A stretch of DNA of 63,583 bases, the filler included, from Perkinsus chesapeaki ATCC PRA-425 (Eukaryota > Protista > Perkinsozoa), in assembly GCA_013115145.1 (NCBI GenBank). It is 8 parts of 8 records of this genome, joined end to end, with 100 filler letters (N's around TTAATTAATTAA, not from the genome) between each part and the next. Parts side by side here need not be neighbours in the genome. Positions count along the whole stretch, not along the records: positions 49,520 to 63,583 come from JAAPAO010000761.1; 7 more parts are not named here. The stretch is one strand, 5' to 3'. This document shows, in pieces, positions 49,934 through 63,583 of this stretch. Each line of letters starts with the position of its first letter. Position 1 is the first letter of the stretch. The notes beneath the pieces are model-generated. The model saw nothing but the letters and a program-made list of their open reading frames with translations. It had not been told where the DNA came from and ran no database searches. Both the position numbers and the translations under genes were made by a program.

Positions 49934-52820
49934 CTAGTCTGTCTTCGGTGGTCTTTCAGCTCCTGCAACCTCAGGCTCATTAAATGCATCCTTCGCGATA
50001 AGATCGAGAATCTGCTTGTGAAAGTTCACAGTCTCTTCGTCGAGCTTCTTCTTCCTGTCAGGATTCTCCTTAATCTGACACATTGGAAGCCAATGTGAGA
50101 AGACTTTAAAATTGATCCATTTTTTCGATCGATTCTTGCTCCGCTTTCCGACACTGAAGATCGCTTTTACTATGGTCGTTCGCCGAGGGAATTTCAGTTA
50201 CCAACTAAAAAGTATGAGCCAAACCCAATACGATACGCCGGATCTGATACTAGATCGTCGGCATGGGCGCGAAAAAAGATGCACTGAGGAGGTAAACCAG
50301 AAACCCAAAACCCGGATTCCTGAATATCAGGTACTACCTATTCTAGCGCTGTTGAAAACTTGCTGGACCATCAGCAAGCTAAATACACATTTACAGAATT
50401 GTTTTATACTTGATCAACGATTCTTTCAATTGGCAGAATATTGGTTTTCGAAAACTCAGCAGTCGGCAGAAAATAAGAATCCATGAGAACAAAGGGAATC
50501 AAGTTGGAAAGCGAAATCTAAACTTCACACTTAAAACGTGATAACTAATTCCGACCAGTTCCAATCGAGCTATCGCAGTTTCAAGCTGCGCATGAAAACA
50601 CTATATCTGCGCAGAAATTCCGTCGACGCGAATCTCACCTGCTTGAAGAACATCTGCACCATTGGACGACTCTCCTTCAATTGGTGAGCCTGAGAAGGTT
50701 CTCCCCACAATTTCCTGGCGCGTGACTCCTACCTCTCCAGCGAGATCCATGATATTTCTAAGCACCAAGTAATTCCTGCAGCAATTCAAAGATGCTTCTC
50801 TTTCATGAGCGCATTCCAGTCTCTTGGCAAATATAAGGATGGTCATACAGCCATACTGAAATCAAAAAAATGCACATCGACTGTGCTTTGGCGGCATTAA
50901 TTATCCCCACTAGAGCCAAAGTAGGAAACCTACAACCGCTATTCCCGAGTAATTTCCGCAAAAACACTGATCAGGCTCTCCGAAAATTGCATACATATCG
51001 GAACGTTTTCACTCGCCTAATATTTTTCTGTGGAAGCTCACCTCGTGAAGTAGCACTGGATGGTCATAAAGGAACTGCTCGAGCTCATCCAGGTCGGTGA
51101 TCTCTGCATACTGCTCCAGCACGTCCTCGTTCTTCTCCATATAACTGAACGCCACTAACAATGGGAAATCAGACTTCGGTCCAATTCACTAGATGACATA
51201 TAATTGCGAGCGGTTTTTCTGATGTTTACTAACAGTGCACAACATTAACACAAAAAGTATATCGTTAACCAGTTCATGTTCCCCTGCCATTATCAGCGGA
51301 AGGATCCAGCGATCTATGGCAGAGTGGCTTACTCGCAGCGATATAAGGTCCCACTGCATTAAACCATTTCACATTTTCGTCGATTATGACAGTATACATT
51401 ACTACGTTAGTTACAATTGTATGCATATGTTACATATATACAAATATATTATACAATATACATTAGTTATGACAATATACATTAGTTATGACAATATACA
51501 TTAGTTATGACAATATACATTAGTTATGACAATATACATTAGTTANNNNNNNNNNNNNNNNNNNNNNNNNNNNNNNNNNNNNNNNNNNNNNNNNNNNNNN
51601 NNNNNNNNNNNNNNNNNNNNNNNNNNNNNNNNNNNNNNNNNNNNATGACAATATACATTTTCCCCATGCTTAGGACTCATCATCTCCGGAGTTTCATGGT
51701 CTTAGGCGTTGAAATGAACGTTTTGAAGCATCAAAATCAAACAGGCTGTAACAATGATAGTATTGTAGCTTTGGTGTGTCTCAGTATCTATTCCCCAAGT
51801 TCTTATGGACCAGTGCCTTACTCTAGGGTATCTTCTCCACTCGATGAGGCTTCATCTTTAGTGACAGGTGGCGGAGCATGCTCTATTTTCTTATCGGAAA
51901 TGATAGTCTGAAAAGCAAACTCATAAAAACAGTAATAAAAAAACAATCATAAAAACAGTAATAAAAATTGTCATAAAAATTGTCATAAAAAATGACCGTG
52001 GAACACCTAATGATTGAAGTTTACGTATGGAACGCTGACACACAAAAACGTCAGCATTCAGTGAGAGAAGCTCAAAGACGCTTTTTGTTAATCCTGCACC
52101 TTTGACATTACCTTCTCATCAACAACATGACACAGATCTTCACCAAATAATGGTTTCGACTTCTCTAGTTTCCTCAGCTTGTCCATTGCCGCCGGGGAAC
52201 CATCCTGAAACCAACACCAATCAACGGCGGTCACCATCACTAGAAATGACTATGAGCACAAGTACAATTTCAACTCCTTCTGAGATGCAGCAGATGAAAG
52301 ATGGTTGTGGATGATATATCCAGTCAAAACTTGCTAAGACTTTGCACGCCCAATCACCACTGCCAGTCGCCCCGAACGAGAGACACCGTGCATATTCAGT
52401 CTCATCATTAGAAGCTCAATCGAACAATGAACAACTTAGTCGGCAATGAGCTCAGAAAGAAAGTTGAGAGGTCTGGCAGATTGCCAGATCCACATCAGCA
52501 GGGCCAACTCACACTACTGGCGGAAAACTGAGCAGCGTTGGACTCCAGAGCCATCCGAAATAATAAAGATTCCATATCACGACGAGTTCGACCAGCCTGG
52601 TAGTACAGCTAATAGTTCCTTTCGTTGCTTCTCATACTCATCCATTTTACGCTCCCTTTGAGCTCGTTTCACCTTAATATTGAGACCTGTAGCAATAAAA
52701 TGCCCCGCCTGGGATTCGAACCCACGACCTACCGGTGTCTAAATTGGGATGAAAATCAGTCTCGTCGTCAGAGAGATCGATGTTGTCCCATTTGGAGTAG
52801 TCGAATGAAAGATTAGACAT
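49934..52820 (-). CDS. CDC37: Hsp90 co-chaperone Cdc37, multi-exon
   Basis: DYSKWDNIDLSDDETDFHPNLD (N-terminal signature), KRAQRERKMDEYEK, EQFLYDHPVLLHE. Intron 1 is 52687-52732. Confidence 0.85.
51453..51660. repeat. 19-bp tandem repeat (CAATATACATTAGTTATGA) spanning a gap, intronic in CDC37
   Basis: Direct reading on both sides of N 51546-51644. Confidence 0.95.
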
Positions 52821-53229
52821 AACACTCAAACAAACACAAAATTAATAATCACTGCAAAACCAGAAGTCGCAAGCAGTGACCCACAGAAGAGAAACAGACA
52901 CTTCACCATTCCCTCTGCTTGATAGAAATACCATACACCAAATTGAGTTATATCTCCGCATCATCCAGTTCTAAAAAATTTAGGCCTCCTTGGATGACTC
53001 ATCTATAGTTTAAATGACTCCCGAGTTCGATCCCCGACAGAGGCAACTACTTTACCGTCAAAAATTTGAGTTATCAAGTCCAGCGAATCAAACGGGATGG
53101 ACGTGAACTGGAATCCGACCGATTCCAAGACTCCTTTCACTTCCGCAAGCTCCCTCCACGCCTTTTCCCATCCGCTATATCCAACTAATTTGACCCCCCT
53201 CAAATCCAGTCCAAAGTTCAATTGAAACG

Positions 53230-55107
53230 TTACTCCTCGCAGTTGAGCATTCGCTCCGGTATGCCCCGATTCAGCACTTTCCTCTTCCCTTCAGGCCCTC
53301 CATCATCCTTACACACTCGACCATCCCGTTTGGTGCCTCGACGCTTATGAGCTTCGGCAACCAATCGATGCATGTAGACGAAATACCAAAGCATATTATC
53401 ATAGCGACCATCATAGGGTTCTGAGGAGGCAATTCTATAGCCATCTTAGAGACACGAGAGAGGCATTTCTGAGAGGGTAGATACGCCATTTTGGCATGAA
53501 GTCGATCCCATGGCCATGCACAGTGTTACCAGTTGAAAAGACATCGGTAATGTGGCGTTACTAATGCCTGTATCTTCTCTATCAATGTATTACTGACAAA
53601 ATTCAACTACTTTCTTATCACGCAGAGCACCCCGTACTAGATCTAGCTACGAGGACGCCTAATACTAGTTGAACACCTTCAGCAATTAATAATTGCTAAA
53701 GGTGATTACTAAGATAATTCCCAATTATCTTAGTCTTTCCCGTAAGCACCTTTCGTTCTCACAAAGAGGCATATTTTCTGTCTTGACTACTCAGCATGAG
53801 ATAGCCCACCATAGCGTTATCTATTAACATCCAATACTACTTTCCTCAACTGCATCCCACTCCTCTCTGCACAACAGATAACAAGCTTCGACTGTCGCTA
53901 GACATTCTGGACCTTCATGCTGGTATCTCCAGAAATTCGTGGCGTGTGACTTTATTCCCACTTTTGGTAAATTTCTCAAGGAGGGATGGCTGAGACAAAA
54001 TACAACATTACTCTCCCGCTTTTAGTTTTTCATTGCTCGAACAATTTGCTCGAAAAAGAGTTTTTGTCGAGTAAAATTCAGTAAATAATATGAGAATCAT
54101 ACTTATGCTGTGTCTCAGCAGATCATAGAAAAACCATTATATGCGGAAGTTAAGTAACTGAAAAAACAGCTGCATGCGCTGGGAAAATATTTTCCAAAAT
54201 AATTCATTTCGCATCTCCGCGTTAAGAGGGCTTTCTGGGCCTCGAGGAACATATTTCAGTGAGGCTCCTCTGAATTTGAAGAGCCGGCCTCTCGTATAGA
54301 TGGTACTTAGATTCAACCCAAAGACGGAGTTTAACCCGAGGGCAACGAATCAACCTGTGAGGAATCTTTACTTTAACATATATCCAGTTTGGTGCCAAGT
54401 GCAATCGATGACAGCAACTCGCTTTATTTTACTCCATTCGACTTCGTCGATGCTTTGACTGTCCTCACCGGGGTAAAGAAGGACAGTTGATTCGGGATCA
54501 AAATTCGGATTGAAATCCTCTGTTGCAGAATGAAGATACGCTCGAGGTATCTGAGCCATGTATATTGACCTATTTCGTATCATGCACGCTTCAACCTCGC
54601 TAGTATCTTTCCCTTCATCTCGATCAGGATTGCATATTAGTTGTAAAGGTATAACGCTAGATTTGCTTGCCTTCTCCGTTGGATGTCGTACAAGGTGAAT
54701 ATCAAACGGTGGCTTCACGTAAGGAACCTGGAAATAATAACTGTGTTCAGCCCAACGCTTGATGTTATCCTTCTTGACAAATGCACCTTTGGAGGGCAAG
54801 CGTGATTCTTCTTCTAGCTACTTTAATTTAATGTGGATGTCAACATGAATCAACCCCTGAGCTCTAATATCACAGTCAACTGAGTCATAGGTGGGGTCAG
54901 CCATGAGACGACATCGCAACCACAACAACAACTCACGATGCTTACACCTCGCCAGCCATTCAAAGGCAAAGCACATTCATAGCAGTAGAACTTTCGCCGT
55001 CGTCCACATTGGGGACAGTTTTTGCGACACTCTTCCGACTCTAATGCTTGGAAAGAATCGAGATGCAACGACTTCAAGTCGATAGGGGGGAGTTCGGAAC
55101 CTGCCAT
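53230..55107 (-). CDS. DTWD1: tRNA-uridine aminocarboxypropyltransferase, DTWD1-like
   Basis: CPQCGRRRKFYCYEC, HPTEKASKSS, VLLYP, VIDCTW, TNFWRYQ..LATVEA, YDGRYDNMLWYF. May extend to a stop at ~52980 through extra exons. Confidence 0.9.
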
Positions 55108-55460
55108 GTTCAACGGGTGTCAATTTCAGAGGAGAATTAATTCCTTTAAAATTACCGGATCTGGGGTTCGAACCTGAGAGCAAAGCGCTTGCATGACAAA
55201 TCTTCATGCACTTAGGCGAATTGTGATAGCCGTCACCACACGCTCATGCAGTCTTTTACTTCGGCGAACCGGCGTTTGTACGTCCTGAGCGGCGATTATA
55301 GCGTTATTCAGCAAATAAGATGTATTATTGCCTTCCTCGGCCATCTGCGTTGCATCCGTTGGTGGTTTTATCGAGCTTTTCGACATTGCGTTTATGAAGG
55401 GCATTTTATAGCTAATCTTTGTTGTCAGGCTTCTCCCCAAAAACCAAAAAAATTGCATAA

Positions 55461-57458
<1,998 letters not shown>

Positions 57459-58630
57459 GGTTTTTCCGATGGTGGTGGTTGTCTCTCCGAAGGTGACCGG
57501 TTGGTTTTCTATCTGTAGCCGCTTAAAAAAGTAAAAATATTTTTTCTGGTCTATCGTCATCTAGTAATGATCGTATTGGTTGTTGTAAGTTATGATAGGC
57601 TAAGTATGGTGTAAGTAGAAGAACGGGAGAAAGTAGTAAATAGTTCAAGACGAAGCCGTTGAGTAGTCGACGGTGACGTTGTTGATCAGCAGCAGCCTGA
57701 TGATAATACGTTTCCAATTATTACATAAACAAGAGCTATAGTTGATTCCAGTCGCCGTTCAGTCTGTTGTGTTCATACCGTTAATCAATATTAATATGAT
57801 ATTGGCTCCGTTTCAGGTCAGATATGGCAGTTTGAGGGTCGAGTGATCGACATGGCTGACTGATTAGGTTGACTGAGTTCGGCAGGGCCTAGAGTGTTTC
57901 TTTGTTCAAGCATATATGCCGACTGTTTGACGGCGGCTGAGCTTTGAGCTGATGAAATTAGGTTCGTAGGAGGAGTTGAGTTGCTCAACTTGAGCATCAT
58001 TTGCAATACGTAATCTTTGTCTGGCGTTATCTTGATTCTAATCGGCTCTGAAGAGGTTCCGCAAACTTCGAATGGATCATTCGACACGGAAGCCCAATCA
58101 TTCGGAATGATTGGGCTTGTGTGTAGTGCAACGAGGCGTACCTGCTGCTTGGTGCGGGCTAGTACTGGCGGCGGTTATCTTATCGCTGCCCTACCGATTA
58201 TGTATTGAAATGGGTTCATTGCAGATGGCCCTTGGTCGATATTAGTTATTTAAAATAACTTATTTTATAATGATCTCTACAGCTGCGCCACTCTGGCGGG
58301 TGCGCGGAGAGGCCGCAACAATACTGCATCTACAGTCTAGGACATTCTGGAAGCTACCGGCATGGAAAGAGAGAGCAGATGGTCGAGGGGAGGGGGGAGG
58401 ACAAATGCTACGTAATATTCCGAAATAGGGAAGGTGACAGTGCTCAGGATCAGCGGTGCTTTTTTGAAAGTCACGGCCTAGGGTTTTGGGGTCTTCATTT
58501 GGGGAAAAAGATGTTCTTGAAAAGTACGGTTTTGGAAAACCGCGGAAGGCTCATTTTCGCCTTGTAACGGGGAGAGACAATAATTTGCCGGACAGTGTCC
58601 ATTTTGGAGTCATCTGAGTTTGGAGAATAA

Positions 58631-59644
58631 ATGTTTTCTGTGCGGAATTGCTTGCCCTTCCTCGAGGGCTTTCTTTCAGCTGTGGAGTAGATTATCAGGC
58701 ATGGAGGGGGCGAGGGGTCATCTGGAAATGTGAGGATGGATGGGGTGAACTCGACCCTATTGTCCGGAATAGTCTTCATAGAACAGAAAAATATCAACTG
58801 CCACCACTCGAGAAATTTCCGGTTCCGATGTTACGAATTTGGCGGGCTGGGTTAACAGTTGACCGTTTCAGGAGACCGCGAACTGATTCGAGCGGTGGGC
58901 AGCGGATTCTCGAAAAGACGACCGCGAGCTCGGCCAGGGTTCACTCAGAGGGTCTTCTACAATCACATTGCATTCTCCTATTTGGCGCAGCTTTGCCCGG
59001 ATTACTTTGCCACTTATGAGGGGACGATGACCGACATCTGCAAGGGGTCACAAATTGCACTGAAGTATCTTTCTGAAAAGGTCACTGATGATGACCTCAA
59101 CGCGCTGAATCAGCGTCTGGAAGATTCCCTGTACGAGGAGATGTCGAATGCGGTTGCGAAGTACAGGCCAGTTTGGGAGATTGAGTGGCCGGATGTTGAG
59201 GCGCAGCTGGACCAGTTGATTATTATTATGGGAGGGACTCGAGGAGGAAAGATAAGACCTGGTCAGGTAGTAGGGGGAGGAGGACTGGTAGGGGGTTGGC
59301 AAGAATAGAGCTCCTCTGTGCTGCTCGGCAACTCGGCATTAAGGGTCAATAGCATCCATTTTTGGTATCCTACATGGCTTGTCTTCTCATGAGAAATTTT
59401 TATGAAATTTTGACCAGCGGAGATGTGCCAACTTATGGCGATTGTGCGCAAGTGTGCTGGATTTGTCTGTAAAGGAAAGAGTCCTTCGTTCGGCAGTGGC
59501 TGAGACCATTCATCAAAGATGAGCCGGTGGATCCTTCGGAATCGATCGCGTTCGTTTGGCATAATACAATCGAGTGGAGTGGTGATGGATGATTTGGCCT
59601 GGGATGCATTCTCGGGGCTCAATGCATCGGTGGCGAATATGTGA
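58631..59644 (+). CDS. Tim44-like/MAIP1-like mitochondrial protein, multi-exon
   Basis: ICKGSQIALKYLSEKVTDDDLNALNQRLEDSLYEEM resembles Tim44-domain helices. An intron at ~58851-58902 joins ORFs 58648 and 58859. Start uncertain. Confidence 0.45.
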
Positions 59645-60316
59645 TTGGGCTCGGCCTCCTGTACCTGTACCTGCGTGAGCGCCTATCGCCTTCGAGGATA
59701 TTTACATATATTTCATTCCATCATAAAAATGCGAACTTCCGTCATCGTTATTTAATTTATAATTATTGGTTGCCTGAACAACTCATTACTGACTGGGGGG
59801 GATGAGGTGGGAAGAGAGGAAAGGTAGCGAGCTTCCTCCCTCGCTTTTATCTTTATGTCCTACTCAATCTTCATTCTCAACGCCCCATAACTCGCTCATG
59901 CTCCTTCAGTGTAGGTGTGCACAACAGTGCTACAGTACCACACACATGTCACGGATCCACGCTAAGATACTCGTGACATCGATGCTGGTTTCATTACGGA
60001 ATCGATTTCGAGTATATAGAAAATATTTACTATAAATACTCAGTTTGCAGTTGAACTCACTTGTCAGATATTTACCATCGGTGGCCAGCAACTGGTGATG
60101 CACACTGAAGAGGCTGCCAGGATGAATCTGAGCAATCCAAAGAAGTGGTCAAAGGCTGCCGGGCTGTTGAGATCTGGTGGACTTGTTAATGCGGATGTTA
60201 GGATTAAATGCCGACAAAAATTTTGGATACCTGGCGAGGAGGAAGTGAGGAGCAGCTTTGATCGAGTGGAGGGACTTACGGACTTAACTGTTAATGGAGA
60301 GTCGACATTTCTATGC

Positions 60317-60468
60317 CATTTTTATGCCTCCACTTCCCCATTACATTTATATATCATTTTTATGCCTCCACTTCCTCATTACATTTATATATCATTTTTA
60401 TGCCTCCACTTCCTCATTACGTTTATATATTATTTTTCTGCCTCCACTTCCCCATTATATTTATGTAC
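60317..60468. repeat. 38-bp tandem repeat, 4 copies
   Basis: CATTTTTATGCCTCCACTTCCCCATTACATTTATATAT with few substitutions. Confidence 0.95.
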
Positions 60469-60501
60469 TGTTCTCGTAGCTCATTAATAGTTTTTTCGCT
60501 T

Positions 60502-62946
60502 TTTCTATCAGAAACCAGCGAAATCCGAGGCCACCACTCACATATTTCGCATTGAAATGGATCTAATTCCGCACTCGGAGGCGATGTCCGACTACAGACC
60601 AACAAGCAGCATGAATGCGAGAGATATCTCCTGGTAAAATGCCCCCACCAGGGATCGAACCTCTGCTCTTATTTTTCCACGCGGTGTGCGGCAGCGGGCG
60701 AGCGACATGAGGAAGTATCTTCGTTTTGTCGTTCGTTTCAGTGGCGTATCTTACGAGCCAACACAGTGGAAGATAATCGATATTAATGATGTGTTCGGAG
60801 GGAATCCTCCAATGAAGTGATTCTTGCCAGTTTGTCTTTCTTTTACCCTTTTCGCAGATTTGATGAGAGCACGCCAGAAATGGACGAGGAGCACTGGAAA
60901 GGTGACACCTTCCATACAGGCTTTCCGACCAAGTCGTGACGACTCTGACGATGATTATGTTGAAGAAGATAGTTTCATGTTCAGGCTTGCATTCGATTGT
61001 GTTATCGCTGTTTCCCGGTTTTTGTAGTTAATTTATTTTGAATGCCAGAAGACGTCCCCAGTGGAAGCAGCAAGCCGGAAGAGAAGGCCGCTGATGAGCG
61101 CGATGTTCAAGTCGACTGGCGCTCGAAATCGACGATGTTAGCTGCAAAGAAGCCTGGCATCATTCCCAAGTGCAACCCATGCCGCCCCGAGTCCTGCAAG
61201 AAGTCCGGTCCACAGTGGGAGACAGATGATGCGTCGAAGAGCGAGGAGTGGTATAAGAAGAACATCCGCAAGTTCATCTGGGAGTTCTCCCCTGACGCCG
61301 CCGACCCGACCGACGAGGAGCTCACCGGCTTGCTTGAATCTATGAAGCAAGGAAGGGCCAGCCAGTTCTCAAGGAGGATGTTGAAGATCACGCAGAACAC
61401 GATCGAGAAGCGTGTCGCCGAGCGGGCCAAGAATGGTGATCCGAAGGCCGACTACTTCAAAGTTTATGCCATTCATGAACGGTTCGATCGCTACGGTTTG
61501 CAGATGCCCAAGAGCGACAGCTCCCATCCGCAGATGAGCTTTGGCGATAAGGCCGTGCAGCGGTTGAAGAGAAATTTGGTTTTTGGGAGGATGCTACTGA
61601 AAAAGCCTCATGTTGCAACGTTCTCTGGTGAGCTGCTTTTTCAGAGAAAGAGGTTGACTTATGGAGAGAACGAGAAGACGCCAGATTACGTTGGAATCAG
61701 ATCGGCAGAAGAGCTCAGAGGACAAGTGGAGTCGATCACGGCCACGAGCAACGGCGCCAACTTCCAGTTCTTGGACGAGAAGTTCCGGACCAGGGTCGTT
61801 GAGAGAATTGCCAGCATCAACTGGGAGGAGACGATAATTGATTTATTCATGCCGGTGCCGTTCCCTGATGGGACTGTTTATCGGCCGGCAATGAACTCGG
61901 TGTGGGTGGTTAGGAAGAAGGAGAATGAGGAGCTCCTTTTCTATGTCCTGCATTCGGCATCTGCAGCTGGTGAACCGAAGGCCAAGTTCCTGGGTATCAA
62001 TTGGGAAGAGAAGACTGTGGGTAGAGCTGGCCAGAAGTTCACCAGTCTGTCCAATGCGGAGAACGTCTATACCATGTCGGCCACCGAGAAGCCTTTGACG
62101 CTGACGCTGGAGTCTTATTACTTTAACCGCTGTTCGGAAGGCGACAAGCCTTACGTGACGATTACGTGCATTTTTGACCCATGCACGAAGAAGACCTACG
62201 ATGAGGAGTACGGCACTCACGATGGTCATTTAGCATTGTTGGAGATGAGCTTGTTGAAAGGCGAGTTATGGGGCAGTTTGGATGGTTGGATTTGTTGTCT
62301 TTTAGGCGCTCTGATGTTTGCTTTGACCGAGAATTATTTCCCTGATGAGAGAACTGCCGCAATCTTCAGACAGGTTAACATCTCAGAACGCAAAGGCTTG
62401 TTGCAAGATTTACAGGTATGCATTTGTTCGAGCGTTTCCCGCCCATTTCTGTCCATCTCGTCATAGAAGGTTCGAGGAGAAATTTGGTCCGTTGGGATTG
62501 GTCTGATTCTTGTTTGCGCAGGCTCGGTTCCAACGTTTAGCGTTTATGATGAGCGGTCTATTGCAGCTTAAATCAAGTCGAGAATGCATTTTCTTCATTA
62601 GGACGAAGTTCTGGGTGCAACCGTGAATCTATTTGGGGATTACCAGAACTTCCACGGCGCCTGCTGGGTGGTTCCACCGCAGTTGTTAGAAGTTAAAAAC
62701 TCGGAGAAGGATGACGCTGTGCAGAAGGTGAAAGAATCGATTGAATCGACCGCTAAGGAAGAACGGCTGAAGCATCGCGAGAAGGTGAGCAAGAACGGCT
62801 TTCGGAATGTATCGATTATCTTTAGCTTGAATCGCTCCATCGAACCCTCGACGATGCGGTTAAAGAGGATGCTGTGTGAAAAGTTGATGATACTGGATGA
62901 CTATGAAGATGTTAGCATGTTGCCGCTCAACGGGCGGACTTCATGA
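60502..62946 (+). CDS. Large multi-exon hypothetical protein (main exon ~61042-62415)
   Basis: 474-aa ORF with C/G-ending codon bias like PABP. Upstream exons join through GT-AG introns at 60634 and ~60820. No family recognised. Confidence 0.7.
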
Positions 62947-63452
62947 CAAAGCACCACCGTTTAGAGTTTATTAGTTAATGTTATACTCAGAATTTCGAAA
63001 GGAGAAGTCATGAGCGAACGATGAGGCTGTCTGGACGTTACGGGTATTTGAAATCGTCGTATTTTAAGGAGCTGAACAACAGCTGTAGTTGACTCTGTTG
63101 AATTACTCATCCTGTGAATTACTAAAGAACGCATGGTGGATGAACAATGACATCAGAAAAGAATCAGATCCTCGAGTGGCAATTTGCCGCCCGTTTCTTT
63201 GCCTTCACGGGCCAATCCTCAAACAATACAACAGAGTCGCCAAGCAATGGACCGGCTGGGACTTTCTAAAGTTCTTCTTCATAGTTGGAAGGACAAACGA
63301 ATACGCTAAGAGCCGTTGTGTGGACTAAGACGTGACTACAGGAAAGACTTCGATGGTAAAAGATAATCATACTTCGAAGACGCAGAATCGCGTGCTGCTT
63401 CAAGGCCTTACTTCCGGACGTAAGAGCCCAAGGGTCGCTATGCTCCGGCGTA

Positions 63453-63583
63453 ACACTAGAATCCATAAGCCATAACTAATAACACTAGACATAATACTAG
63501 AATCCATAACACTAGAATCCATAAGCCATAACTAATAACACTAGACATAATACTAGAATCCATAAGCCATAACTAATAACACT
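63453..63583. repeat. Compound minisatellite (41-bp unit ACTAGAATCCATAAGCCATAACTAATAACACTAGACATAAT)
   Basis: Two full units, one 15-bp partial and one terminal partial. Confidence 0.9.

Noticed and set aside
10600-55107. Functional clustering of tRNA-modification genes (QTRT2-like, DTWD1)
   Set aside because: They lie on different scaffolds joined artificially.

Overview
Eukaryotic draft-genome window made of 8 unrelated scaffolds joined by N-TTAATTAATTAA-N six-frame-stop linkers, plus two ordinary ~100-N gaps. Short GT-AG introns (44-61 nt where measured), the gene set and the linker style suggest an alveolate, most likely Perkinsus. This is inference; no search was run. Two sharply different compartments alternate. 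(i) GC-balanced sequence holds a nest of decayed LTR retroelements (several with BEL/Pao-type RNase H/integrase motifs), an intron-containing hAT transposase, MITE/foldback elements and the genes GAPDH (3' end), peptidase S28, CDC37, DTWD1, PABP and a Tim44-like protein. (ii) Very AT-rich, microsatellite-laden, gene-dense, apparently TE-free sequence holds RBM39-like, QTRT2-like, IFT52, an MFS transporter, a globin-domain protein, sideroflexin, ACOT8, TIM9 and a bacterial-type RNase HII. The most notable signals are a foldback/MULE-like element family whose inverted arms are 15-bp-periodic arrays of TTCGT(A/C)CA(C) enclosing tRNA-derived cores, and short spliceosomal introns that consist largely of tRNA 3'-half sequence. 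Exon boundaries were read by eye and are approximate unless stated.
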